Source: a virus
Taxonomy: Duplodnaviria > Caudoviricetes
Direction: 5' to 3' (one strand)
Length of the DNA stretch: 61,583 nt
IMG/VR virus record: IMGVR_UViG_3300025085_000018
Coordinates: 1-61,583 of that record
Shown: one piece after another, positions 1-9,685 of the stretch
How the letters are laid out: each line of letters begins with the position of its first letter
Position numbering within the stretch: position 1 is the stretch's first letter
Program-made: the position numbers and the translations under genes
Notes under the pieces: model-generated
Seen by the model: the letters and a program-made list of their open reading frames with translations, nothing else
What the model was told of the DNA's origin: nothing
Database searches by the model: none

Positions 1-1
1 A

Positions 2-3000
2 GAAATATTATCCGATATTGGAGCAGTTGCTCCTAGTACATTAGGAAGTTATTTGCCACTAACAGCTGGGTCGACTAAAAAACTTACAGATACTTTATAT
101 ATACAAGGCACAAATACAACTAACGCAGAGTCTGTATTAGTTAGGGGTGTATCATCTAATGACGGAGATTGGTTGGGTAGTATAAGAACAGCAAATACAG
201 GCGGTTATAACCAAGAAATGAGGTTTTATACATCTGATGCAAATGGAACAACTAATGAAAATTTAACTTTAACTTTAAGTCCTAATAAAAACGCTACTTT
301 TGCTGGAGCAGTTTCTACAGGTGGTTATTTAACATTAAATGCAGCAGATAATATTCCAAGATTAGTTTTCAATGGCGGTGGAGATGACTTCATGTTTAGC
401 AATACTGCGAATTATTTTGGTTTATATAATGATACCGATAGTAGATGGGACATTCAAGTAGATGGTGCAGGTAACACAACTTTTTCAGGTGATGTAACAG
501 TTGGGGGTAACCTAATTGTTAATGGTACAACCACTACATTAAACACTACAACCGTAGAAGTTGAAGATAATATACTACAGCTTAATACCACACAAGGAAC
601 ACCAGATACTGCGACAGCAGCTACATCTGGTATCTCTGTTTATAGAGGTGATGGTGTTACACAAGCAAGTTTAATATTTGATGATGCAGATGACACTTGG
701 GATTTAACTAATAATTTAAATATTGGTGGCAACTTTGTTAGCTCTGGCTATGTTCAAGCTTTTGGTTTGTTGTACTTAAGGTCTAGTGTTGAAGTAATGA
801 ACAAAGCTGCTGATGGGTTTTTAAGTCTTGCTACAAGAAACACTAGTGGTAATGAAGCAGTATATGATTTATCAAATATAGGAACGTTAAGCACCTCTGG
901 TAACGCAACGTTTGCAGGTGCTGTAATTATTGAAGGTGGAACTTTAGAGATAGGTAAAGCAGATACAGCATCTGGTCATATTAATGCTAAAGAGTTAATG
1001 ACATTTAATATTGACACAGACAATGATGATACTAATAGATATTTTGCTTGGTATAAAGATAGTTCTTCTGGTAGCGGTACTGAACTTTTTAAAATTGAAG
1101 AAAGTGGTAACGCAACTTTTGCAGGTAATGTATACTTAAAAGCTGCATCAAATGAAGGTAACTTATTTTTTGGGACTGCTGATGCTAATTATAAGATTTT
1201 TGGTGGTGGTACTTACGGTTATATGGGGTATAACACAGGTGGTTATCATAGATTTTTAATAAACGGCTCAGAAAAATTTAAAATAAATAGTTCCGGTAAT
1301 TCAATCTTTTCAGGTAATATAGTACTTCCAGGAGAAGAATCTAATAATTTTAAAATAGCATTTACCGGTGCATCTGCTAGTTCAGGTTTATCTACAGTAG
1401 ATCAAAGTGGAGCGGGATTATATATAGGAGCAAATTCAAGAGTAAATAATTCTGGTAATGTTGTTTATGACAATTCTGCATTACCAAGTAGTGGTATATA
1501 TTTTGATGGATGGAACGGTGATGATATGGAGTTTTATACCGGAACATCAGGAAACCCTTCTAAAAGACTTACAATCTCAGGTGCAGGAGATGCCAATTTT
1601 TTAGGCAAAATAGGTATTGGAACGACAACTGCTCCTACATACGATATAGATATACATAATAACAACGGTAGAATTAGAATGCTGGGTAGTACTGGATATC
1701 TTTCTTTAGATTTACAAAATAATGGTCAAAGTTTTTATTTATCACGAAACGGTGCTACAGTAGATTCTTTTGCAACCGGCAATACTGCTTATGCTGGTAT
1801 TTTAGCAGTTCAAGGTAATTATAATTTAGAATTTGCTACGAATGGCGTTGTTAGACAAACTATTAATGGTTCTGGAAACGTTGGTATAGGTGTTGACCCA
1901 TCTGGCAATACAGATAGGCTTCAAATAGATAATCCCGCAAATCCTACATCTATTAGAATAGGTGATAATACAACTGATGACTGTTACGTTATATTTAATA
2001 CAGACGGAAATGACTGGAGCATAGGAACAGACAGAAGCGATAGTAATAAATTTAAAATATCTGACTACAGTAGAGTTGGTACAAATGATAGGTTTGTAAT
2101 AGATACTTCTGGAAAAGTAGGAATAGGAACTACTAATCCTGGTACAGCTTTACAAGTTGGTGGATTAGATGACGGTAGCAACTACGATATAACATTAGGT
2201 TGGAACGCAGTTAACACTCAAGCTGTAGGTACTAAAAGATCCGCTTTAACTTTTAAGACTAGTCAAACAGGAGTTAACAACTTAGATATATACAAGTGGG
2301 ATATAGCTATGGTAACAGCTCCCGCAACTGCCGCAAACGAGCCTTTTGGTTCTGATTTAGCTTTTTTAAGAAGCACTAGAAATTCAACATCTGTTGATGA
2401 AACAACCATGATACTCACACAGTTAGGCAACGTAGGAATTGGGGTTACTGACCCTCAAGCAAAACTAGAGGTTAAGGGCACTAGCGCTACACCTGCGGAT
2501 GGAAATGAAATAATTTCTGTGACTAATACGACTGGAGGATCTAAATTACTTTTAGGAGTTGTAGAAAATAGCTATAGTTGGATTCAATCTGCAGAAGGTG
2601 GAACTTTAAGAAATTTATTATTAAATCCTAGCGGTGGAAACGTAGGTATCGGGACGACTAGTCCTAGTAGTAAACTAGAAGTTAATAGTACTTCAAATTC
2701 AGAACCGCATATACTAGTTAAAAAACAAACTCCCGGTGGTGGCGCTGAAATACTATTTGAACATAATAGCGGCGCTACTCAAAACGCTAGTATTAAATAT
2801 ACTCAAAATGGTGATAATCAATTATATATCACAACTAATTACGATTCACCAAATGATTTAAATAGAATATATTTCCAACCAGGAGGTGAAACTGCTATGA
2901 CAATTAGAGGTGGAAGTAACGCAACTGGAAATGCAGGTAACGTAGGTATAGGTACTACTAGTCCTGTCTCAAAACTACAAGTTACTGGTGGTATACAAAT

Positions 3001-3529
3001 GGCTAATGATACAGCCACAGCTTCAGCAGATAAAGTAGGTACAATGCGATATAGAACTGATACAGAATATGTAGAGGTTGATGGAGAAGAGTTAGTTACT
3101 AATGGTGGTTTTGATACTGATAGCGATTGGACTAAAGGAACTGGTTGGACTATTAGTGGGGGAAAAGGCAACGGAGCCTCAGCTGGAGGTGATTTAACTC
3201 AAACAATTTCAATTTCAGTAAATAAAACATATAAAGTAACTTATACAATATCTAATTACATATCAGGCATATTCCGAATAATTTTAGGAGGATATACAGC
3301 AGGCACTAATAGAAATGCAAATGGAACTTACACTGATATTATAACGGTTACAAACGCAAGTTCGAATTCACTTTTATATCTTGCAGGTGATGTAAGTGCT
3401 GTTACTTTATCTATAGACAACGTATCTGTAATAGAAGTAACAGAAGAAGACGCAAGCTACGCAGATATGTGTATGCAAACAGGTAGTTCAACATACGAAT
3501 GGGTTAACATAGTAAGAAATACATATTAA
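2..3529 (+). CDS. Tail fibre / receptor-binding protein 1 (5'-truncated)
   Basis: Frame is open from position 2 (EILSDIGAVAPSTLGSYLPLT...), so the true start lies upstream of the window. Gly/Thr/Asn-rich, with about six G(N/K)(V/I)GIG repeats and GNATFAG repeats; C-terminal ELVTNGGFDTDSDW carbohydrate-binding-like module. Confidence 0.85.
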   Translation, partial: EILSDIGAVAPSTLGSYLPLTAGSTKKLTDTLYIQGTNTTNAESVLVRGVSSNDGDWLGSIRTANTGGYNQEMRFYTSDANGTTNENLTLTLSPNKNATFAGAVSTGGYLTLNAADNIPRLVFNGGGDDFMFSNTANYFGLYNDTDSRWDIQVDGAGNTTFSGDVTVGGNLIVNGTTTTLNTTTVEVEDNILQLNTTQGTPDTATAATSGISVYRGDGVTQASLIFDDADDTWDLTNNLNIGGNFVSSGYVQAFGLLYLRSSVEVMNKAADGFLSLATRNTSGNEAVYDLSNIGTLSTSGNATFAGAVIIEGGTLEIGKADTASGHINAKELMTFNIDTDNDDTNRYFAWYKDSSSGSGTELFKIEESGNATFAGNVYLKAASNEGNLFFGTADANYKIFGGGTYGYMGYNTGGYHRFLINGSEKFKINSSGNSIFSGNIVLPGEESNNFKIAFTGASASSGLSTVDQSGAGLYIGANSRVNNSGNVVYDNSALPSSGIYFDGWNGDDMEFYTGTSGNPSKRLTISGAGDANFLGKIGIGTTTAPTYDIDIHNNNGRIRMLGSTGYLSLDLQNNGQSFYLSRNGATVDSFATGNTAYAGILAVQGNYNLEFATNGVVRQTINGSGNVGIGVDPSGNTDRLQIDNPANPTSIRIGDNTTDDCYVIFNTDGNDWSIGTDRSDSNKFKISDYSRVGTNDRFVIDTSGKVGIGTTNPGTALQVGGLDDGSNYDITLGWNAVNTQAVGTKRSALTFKTSQTGVNNLDIYKWDIAMVTAPATAANEPFGSDLAFLRSTRNSTSVDETTMILTQLGNVGIGVTDPQAKLEVKGTSATPADGNEIISVTNTTGGSKLLLGVVENSYSWIQSAEGGTLRNLLLNPSGGNVGIGTTSPSSKLEVNSTSNSEPHILVKKQTPGGGAEILFEHNSGATQNASIKYTQNGDNQLYITTNYDSPNDLNRIYFQPGGETAMTIRGGSNATGNAGNVGIGTTSPVSKLQVTGGIQMANDTATASADKVGTMRYRTDTEYVEVDGEELVTNGGFDTDSDWTKGTGWTISGGKGNGASAGGDLTQTISISVNKTYKVTYTISNYISGIFRIILGGYTAGTNRNANGTYTDIITVTNASSNSLLYLAGDVSAVTLSIDNVSVIEVTEEDASYADMCMQTGSSTYEWVNIVRNTY
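1313..1576 (+). repeat. ~88-codon module shared between the two tail fibre genes (copy 1; copy 2 at ~5675-5938)
   Basis: PGEE.N.FKIAFTGASASSG.STVDQSGAGLYIGANSRVN.SGNVVY..SALPSSGIYFDGWNGDDMEFYTG.SGNP.KRLTI occurs in both ORFs. Confidence 0.95.
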
Positions 3530-6500
3530 ATGGGTACAGGAAAAACATATTCAACAAGATATTTACTAGATAGTAACAATAACTCTGGCGTTGCGGGACA
3601 AGTTCTTGTAACAACAGCTACAGGTGTTAGTTGGCAAAATGCTGAGAGCACAGGAGATAACCAAACTCAAGGATCGTTATTTGACTCTAAGATAATATTA
3701 ATAGATACTCCAAACGGAGGCTTAAAACCATATAGAGTTATAACTGACGAGTATGGAGAATGGATTCAGGTAGGTAGATTTGCTGCTAATGCAATGACAT
3801 CTATTCAAGCAAGTTCTTGGAGCTCTGTTAGTGGTTTAAGTACAGGGACATCGCAAAGCGAAACTACACAGTTTTCTGCAGATTTTGGTGATTGTTTTCC
3901 GGATGAAGTAAGGATAATGGGTGCCACTGATTTTAACAATTGGAGAAACACAAGAACTATTGATTTTGTCTATAAAGTTCCAGCAGGTAGAAAATGGAAA
4001 CATTTCTTTAGTAATGGCTCAACCACTGGTATGGGGATAGTTGACGGTGTTAAATACGGATGGACTGTTAACGGAGCCTATGATGGTTTTGGCAGATGGA
4101 CAAACCCTAGCTTAACCAGTATAAGAATGTCTGATTTTGGTACAGCACCAGCAAACCCGCCAGCAGCATTTACTACAGCAACCACTAATGCTTTTTATTG
4201 GAACCCTATGGGTGATGCGAAATTCAGTGTATCAGCTACAAGAACTTTCTGTGGGCAAGATACATTTGTTACTTCAGGTGTTGGTGTAGATGACAGTCAA
4301 GCTGGATTTTTTGACGAGTATCCGAATGAAACAAATAACATGGGAGGGGGCGCTGATTTTAGCTCTGCAGTATGGGTATTAATAAAAATACCAGGTGGCG
4401 CAAGTGGTGGCGGTGGAGATGATTCTTATTGGAGCGCTAATGGTAATGATATACACAATGATAATACAGGCAACGTAGGGATTGGTGAGGATACTCCTAC
4501 TGCTAAATTACATTTGGGTGTAGACTCTGCAAATGATGATACTTTTCATATATTTAACGGAAGTGTTAGAACTCATCTATTAGCTTCGGAATCCACCAAT
4601 GGAGTTATTTATATGCGTAGCTCTGCTAACACCAACACAGTAAGAATAAACGCCTCAGGTGATTCATATTTTAACGGAGGCAACGTCGGGATCGGGTCGA
4701 CTAATCCTAGTTTCCAATTATCAATTGAAAACCACGCTACAACTACCTCAACTGCAACAATGGAGTTAGACGGTAAAAGAACAGATGGAACCGACGGTCC
4801 TGTTGGAGAAATGATATTTAGTAATAATGGTGATACTTTTGCTACAGTAGCTGGTTTTAGAGATGGGGCAGATAATAAAGGTTCTTTGCAATTCCAAACT
4901 CAAGACGGTACCTTTACTACAAAAATGACAATATCGTCAGAGGGAAAAGTCGGGATAGGAACAACTGATCCTGGTCAAAATTTGGAAGTTATTGGAAACG
5001 TAGGTTTAGGATTAAGCGAATCAACTACAAGAACAGCTCTTATAGCTAATACTTTTGGGTACAGTACAGCTTGGAAAACTTTAACACTAGGAAGCGCAGG
5101 AACTAATTACCAGACCGACGCAGTTTCTCTTTGTTTTAATGTTGTTTTAAATCAAAATTCAAGTGGTTCTTATACTGGTAATGGTAGTGAATATTTTTGG
5201 AGGAAAGCCGGAAAATTTATGACTCCTAATTCAGGAAACAATGGATACAATGTTATTTTCAATTGGAGTTCAAGTGGAAAGGTATTAAATCTTGCGCCCT
5301 ATAATGGCATTACATTTGCTGATGGCCAAGAAGCGGTTGATGCTGCAGGTCAAATTATACCACCACCTGGAAGGTCTTCAAGCCCTGACCCTGAGGATTA
5401 TCAAAGATCTTTTTCTACAGAATTTAAAGGAAAAACAGCCGCAGGATCTCCTAGCACGGGTAGTAGTTGGATTGGGCTTATGTCTATGTCCCCATACAGA
5501 CCATCGATTTCTGGATTTTACACAACTCAATTAGGTTTTGGTGCTGATGGAACAAACGGGGATATGTTCATAAGAAGAGGAACTACAACTACGTGGGGAA
5601 GTTGGAATAAAATTTTAACTGAAGGCAATTCTGGAACAGGGCCTTTCTTACCACTGACTGGTGGGACAATGACTGGTAATGTAATTTTTCCAGGAGAAGA
5701 AGCTAATAGTTTTAAAATAGCTTTTACTGGAGCATCTGCAAGTTCAGGCATATCTACAGTAGATCAATCTGGAGCTGGTTTATATATAGGAGCAAATTCA
5801 AGAGTGAATCAATCTGGTAATGTTGTTTATCACGATTCTGCGTTGCCAAGTAGTGGTATATATTTTGACGGGTGGAATGGTGATGATATGGAGTTTTATA
5901 CAGGCTCTTCTGGTAACCCTACTAAAAGGTTAACTATTGATTCAGATGGATTACTTAAATTTTCTAAGACCGCTACTACTGGTACTGCTGTCGCAAGTAT
6001 AAATCACGCAAGTAATAATTTCTTATATATAAATGGTGGAACAGAAGGTGTAGCTATTGGAGACGATAACCAAAATACCAGAATGGTATGTTACAATGAT
6101 GCTTACATAAGATTTGATTCTGCGGGTGTAGAAAGAATGCGTTTAACGCCTGATGGTAATAGCACGTTTCTTATACTAAAAGCTAAACCGTCTACTTTCA
6201 ATTCAAAATCATTCATTACATTATATGGTACAAATTCTAATACTTATGGTGGTAGTGTAATTGCTAGATCATCTATTAGTTCCGAAACAGACGGAACCGC
6301 TTATGGTTCAATTTTAAAATTTACAACAAATGATACTTCAAATGTAGAGCAAAATAGGTTGACAATTTTATCTAATGGCAGCGTCGGAATTGGAACTACG
6401 AATCCTGCTAGTGAAGCAAATTTATCTTTAGCCGCTAATTCAACATCAGAAGGTGGACATCTTGCTTTGTTTAAAGGAACTTCACAAACTCAAGCAACTC

Positions 6501-8362
6501 ATTTAGACAACTACGCTAATACATTTAGAATAATGAATGGTGCTGACGCTTCAAGTGGAGCAGTGCAATTTTCTTTAAACCATACAACAGCTGCTGCAAC
6601 TTTTGCGGGTAATATAACAACGCCAACTCAAGAATTAAGCACCGCTGCAACACCAACTAGCTTTGGAACTTATACGTCAGAAATTAGATTAATAGATACT
6701 CCTAATGGTGGACTAAAAAAATGTAGAGTAATTACAGATAATTACGGTGAATGGATTTTAGTAGGTAGATTTGCAGCTGATGCAAGAGCTAATATTCAAG
6801 GTACTTGGTCTTCTGAAAGTGGCTTAGATACATCTACAGCACAGAACAATATAACTAGATTTTCTGCTGATTTTGGAGATAGCTACCCTAGTGAGGTAAG
6901 AATAATGGGGGCGACAGACTTTACAAAATGGAGGGATACTAGAACAATTGACTGGGTGTATGGTGTACCAGAAGGTAGAAAATGGAAGAATTTCTTTAGT
7001 GGAGGAACAAATAGTGGTATGGCCCTAAACGTAAAATATGGGTGGGAAATAAACGGGGCTTATGACGGTTTTGGTAGATGGGTGAATCCAGCTCAAACTT
7101 TTGTAAGAATGTCGGATACTAACGTTACAAATCCATCATCTGCATATACAACGGCGACTACAAATGCTTTTAGTTGGAATACAGCTAGTGACGCTAAAAT
7201 GACCGTATCTTCTTTTAGAGCTTACAGTGGGCAAGATACTACGGAAACAGCTGGTTTTGGTGCTGATGATAATATTCAAGGGTTTTTTGATGTATATCCT
7301 AGCGAAACAAACAATATGCAAGGTGGAACTGGTTTTAATTCTGCTGTATGGGTGTTAATAAAATTACCTACCGCTTTAAGCAGTGGTAGTGGGGGTGGAA
7401 CAGGTAATCAATGGGCTGGTGGTCCAGATGATATACACAACACTAACACGGGTAATGTCGGAATTGGAAACACTTCACCTGATAAATTACTACACGTTGG
7501 TAATGGAAGCGCGACCTTAAACGCGCCTCAAGGAGCGGAAATTGAAGGGTATAATAACACTCTAGATGTAAAAACCAATGAAGGAAACAACATAGCAGAC
7601 TTTACTGCTGCTTTAAATTTATTTTGTGATGGCGTTACTGGATCTTCAGGAACTGGAACAGGTATTTATTTTAGAGCTAAAACTGGTGGTGGTGGCGGTG
7701 GTGAATACACTAAAGGAAGAATACAAGGTGCTGTTTATACAAGTTGGACAACAAATACAGATGCTACAAGAACATCAAAATTAGTAATACAAACAACTAA
7801 TAATGGAACACACGCGGATAGAGTAACTATATTAGGTAATGGAGATTTTGGAATAAACGATACTAGCCCTAGTAATAAGTTAGACGTTAACGGAGATATA
7901 AGAGGTACTCAATATAAATTAAGAGGTAACGTTAGCAATCCTACAAACACAGCGGCAACTATATATGATCAATCTGGTGTAGGGCTTACACTTTCAGCTC
8001 ACAATGTTGAACTAAGAAATTATAACGGTAGTTCTATGGTTCGATCTGTGTTTTTTACTCATAACTCTGCAACTTTCACTGGAACATGCACTGCTACAAA
8101 CTTTATATTATCTTCTGATAAAACATTAAAAGAAAATATAAAAGATATAGACAAAAAACATATTGATGTTAACTGGAAAAACTTTGAATTAAAATCTGAA
8201 CCAGGTGTAAAAAGAGCAGGTGTTATAGCTCAAGAACTTGAAGCAAAACATCCAGAGTTTGTAAGAACAAATGAAGATGGCTTGAAGTCTGTAGCTTATG
8301 TAGATTTACTAATAGCTAAAATTGCTGAGTTAGAAGCAAGGTTAGAAAAAGCAGGCATATAA
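3530..8362 (+). CDS. Tail fibre protein 2 with C-terminal intramolecular chaperone (peptidase S74-like)
   Basis: GNVGIG repeats; C-terminal SSDKTLKENI...GVIAQEL...PEFV...AKIAELEARL is the S74 auto-cleaving chaperone signature; two copies of a ~230-aa globular domain. Confidence 0.9.
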   Translation: MGTGKTYSTRYLLDSNNNSGVAGQVLVTTATGVSWQNAESTGDNQTQGSLFDSKIILIDTPNGGLKPYRVITDEYGEWIQVGRFAANAMTSIQASSWSSVSGLSTGTSQSETTQFSADFGDCFPDEVRIMGATDFNNWRNTRTIDFVYKVPAGRKWKHFFSNGSTTGMGIVDGVKYGWTVNGAYDGFGRWTNPSLTSIRMSDFGTAPANPPAAFTTATTNAFYWNPMGDAKFSVSATRTFCGQDTFVTSGVGVDDSQAGFFDEYPNETNNMGGGADFSSAVWVLIKIPGGASGGGGDDSYWSANGNDIHNDNTGNVGIGEDTPTAKLHLGVDSANDDTFHIFNGSVRTHLLASESTNGVIYMRSSANTNTVRINASGDSYFNGGNVGIGSTNPSFQLSIENHATTTSTATMELDGKRTDGTDGPVGEMIFSNNGDTFATVAGFRDGADNKGSLQFQTQDGTFTTKMTISSEGKVGIGTTDPGQNLEVIGNVGLGLSESTTRTALIANTFGYSTAWKTLTLGSAGTNYQTDAVSLCFNVVLNQNSSGSYTGNGSEYFWRKAGKFMTPNSGNNGYNVIFNWSSSGKVLNLAPYNGITFADGQEAVDAAGQIIPPPGRSSSPDPEDYQRSFSTEFKGKTAAGSPSTGSSWIGLMSMSPYRPSISGFYTTQLGFGADGTNGDMFIRRGTTTTWGSWNKILTEGNSGTGPFLPLTGGTMTGNVIFPGEEANSFKIAFTGASASSGISTVDQSGAGLYIGANSRVNQSGNVVYHDSALPSSGIYFDGWNGDDMEFYTGSSGNPTKRLTIDSDGLLKFSKTATTGTAVASINHASNNFLYINGGTEGVAIGDDNQNTRMVCYNDAYIRFDSAGVERMRLTPDGNSTFLILKAKPSTFNSKSFITLYGTNSNTYGGSVIARSSISSETDGTAYGSILKFTTNDTSNVEQNRLTILSNGSVGIGTTNPASEANLSLAANSTSEGGHLALFKGTSQTQATHLDNYANTFRIMNGADASSGAVQFSLNHTTAAATFAGNITTPTQELSTAATPTSFGTYTSEIRLIDTPNGGLKKCRVITDNYGEWILVGRFAADARANIQGTWSSESGLDTSTAQNNITRFSADFGDSYPSEVRIMGATDFTKWRDTRTIDWVYGVPEGRKWKNFFSGGTNSGMALNVKYGWEINGAYDGFGRWVNPAQTFVRMSDTNVTNPSSAYTTATTNAFSWNTASDAKMTVSSFRAYSGQDTTETAGFGADDNIQGFFDVYPSETNNMQGGTGFNSAVWVLIKLPTALSSGSGGGTGNQWAGGPDDIHNTNTGNVGIGNTSPDKLLHVGNGSATLNAPQGAEIEGYNNTLDVKTNEGNNIADFTAALNLFCDGVTGSSGTGTGIYFRAKTGGGGGGEYTKGRIQGAVYTSWTTNTDATRTSKLVIQTTNNGTHADRVTILGNGDFGINDTSPSNKLDVNGDIRGTQYKLRGNVSNPTNTAATIYDQSGVGLTLSAHNVELRNYNGSSMVRSVFFTHNSATFTGTCTATNFILSSDKTLKENIKDIDKKHIDVNWKNFELKSEPGVKRAGVIAQELEAKHPEFVRTNEDGLKSVAYVDLLIAKIAELEARLEKAGI
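3701..4393 (+). repeat. Duplicated ~230-aa domain in fibre 2 (copy 1; copy 2 at ~6692-7369)
   Basis: IDTPNGGLK...YGEWI.VGRFAA...FSADFGD..P.EVRIMGATDF...NGAYDGFGRW.NP...SAVWVLIK occurs twice. Confidence 0.95.
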
Positions 8363-8781
8363 TGGGTGTACCAAATACTACGACTTTTACCTTACAAAAT
8401 GTTGTTGATGAAATTGACAATGATGATAATTTAGTAGGATGTTTTAACGATGCTAACGCTAACTACTTTGATCCATCATATGAAGGCAGCCAAAATCAAC
8501 TGCTTAATTTTAGAAACTATGGATCACAAAATGCTTTAACACAGTTTACTGGAAGCGGTGGGCAAAATGATATTAAGTTTATTTGCACTCAATCTATTAC
8601 TACAAATTATTGGCACAATGGTAGCGCTACTTATCCACAAGTAAATGACGATGTATATACTAATTCAACTGGAACAACTTCATTTGGATCTACTTATATG
8701 TTAACTTCAGGAACTGGTGGTTACTACTTAACATGCTCAAGCGGAAGAGTTACCAGTGTAGCTTTCTGTAGCCCACCATAA
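8362..8781 (+). CDS. Small tail-fibre-associated protein
   Basis: Translationally coupled (TAATG) to the fibre gene; Thr/Gly-rich. Confidence 0.6.
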   Translation: MGVPNTTTFTLQNVVDEIDNDDNLVGCFNDANANYFDPSYEGSQNQLLNFRNYGSQNALTQFTGSGGQNDIKFICTQSITTNYWHNGSATYPQVNDDVYTNSTGTTSFGSTYMLTSGTGGYYLTCSSGRVTSVAFCSPP

Positions 8782-8805
8782 TAAATAAATAAATAAATAA
8801 ATAAA
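8782..8805 (+). repeat. (TAAA)x6 tandem repeat in an intergenic leader
   Basis: Directly visible upstream of the ATG at 8826. Confidence 0.9.
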
Positions 8806-8825
8806 TCAATCTTTAAAATTAAAAA

Positions 8826-9257
8826 ATGGCAATTATTTACAAATGGGATATCCCACAAATGAACGCTCACATTCAATCAGAAGGTGAAGACAATGTAATT
8901 TACACAGTACATTACAGATACACAGGCTCTGAAGAGTCTGGAGGCGAAACTTATTCAGCAACAAACATTGGAACACAGAGCTACGAGTATGTAGCAGGTG
9001 AACCTTTTGTGCCTTATGAAGATACAGAAGCTTTTGAAAACGTAGTTATTGGGTGGTTAGAAGGATCGTTAGATGTACCTGCAATGCAAGCTAGCATAGC
9101 TGCAACTATTCAATCTGAGATTACACCAGTAAACGAAGACTTATATTTTACATGGCAAAATCCGCCAATACCACCTACGCCAGATCCAGACCCAGATCCA
9201 GATCCAGCACCAGAGCCTCCAAAAGAAGAGGAAGAAGAAGAGGAAGATGAGGAATAG
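8826..9257 (+). CDS. Hypothetical protein, possibly tail fibre assembly factor; PD-repeat and poly-Glu tail
   Basis: Follows the fibre genes; C-terminus PDPDPDPDPAPEPPKEEEEEEEDEE. Confidence 0.6.
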   Translation: MAIIYKWDIPQMNAHIQSEGEDNVIYTVHYRYTGSEESGGETYSATNIGTQSYEYVAGEPFVPYEDTEAFENVVIGWLEGSLDVPAMQASIAATIQSEITPVNEDLYFTWQNPPIPPTPDPDPDPDPAPEPPKEEEEEEEDEE

Positions 9258-9269
9258 GTAAATTTCACT

Positions 9270-9286
9270 AAAAACAAGTAATAATA
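9270..9286 (+). promoter_or_regulatory. Candidate late promoter motif AAAAACAAGTAATAATA (copy 1)
   Basis: An identical 17-mer occurs at 32313-32329; both copies are intergenic and just upstream of + strand genes. Confidence 0.55.
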
Positions 9287-9335
9287 CAAATATGCATAAC
9301 GCATATAACCAGTGTATAATTAAAAACCAAAACCA

Positions 9336-9653
9336 ATGACACTATTTTACCAGACTAACTCGTGGATTAGTCAACCACAACAAAATGAAAAACGATTGAA
9401 CCTATGGAACCACATTGCTAAAAAAGCAAACTGGCGTATAGTTCAATTACCAAACGGCTATTATCAAACAGAGTACAAAGATCCTGATTGTGAGTGTAAT
9501 CCTGAAAAGGATACGTGCTGCGAAAAATGGATAGATGTGACTAGGAGAGAATCAATGCAAGCCGCCGAAACCTCAATAGATAAAACTATTGAACACTACC
9601 AAAAGAAAGTTGAATTTTTAAACGGACCAAAAGTAGTAAAGACCTTTAAGTAA
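9336..9653 (+). CDS. Hypothetical protein
   Basis: Clean ORF with A-rich leader; WRIVQLPNGYYQTE and a Cys cluster. Confidence 0.7.
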   Translation: MTLFYQTNSWISQPQQNEKRLNLWNHIAKKANWRIVQLPNGYYQTEYKDPDCECNPEKDTCCEKWIDVTRRESMQAAETSIDKTIEHYQKKVEFLNGPKVVKTFK

Positions 9654-9685
9654 AACCAAACCAATCTAATCAAATTAAATCAAAT

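Noticed and set aside
1313-7369. Fibre repeats as DGR template/variable repeats
   Set aside because: Differences are mostly synonymous and not adenine-specific, both copies are coding, and no reverse transcriptase is present in the window.
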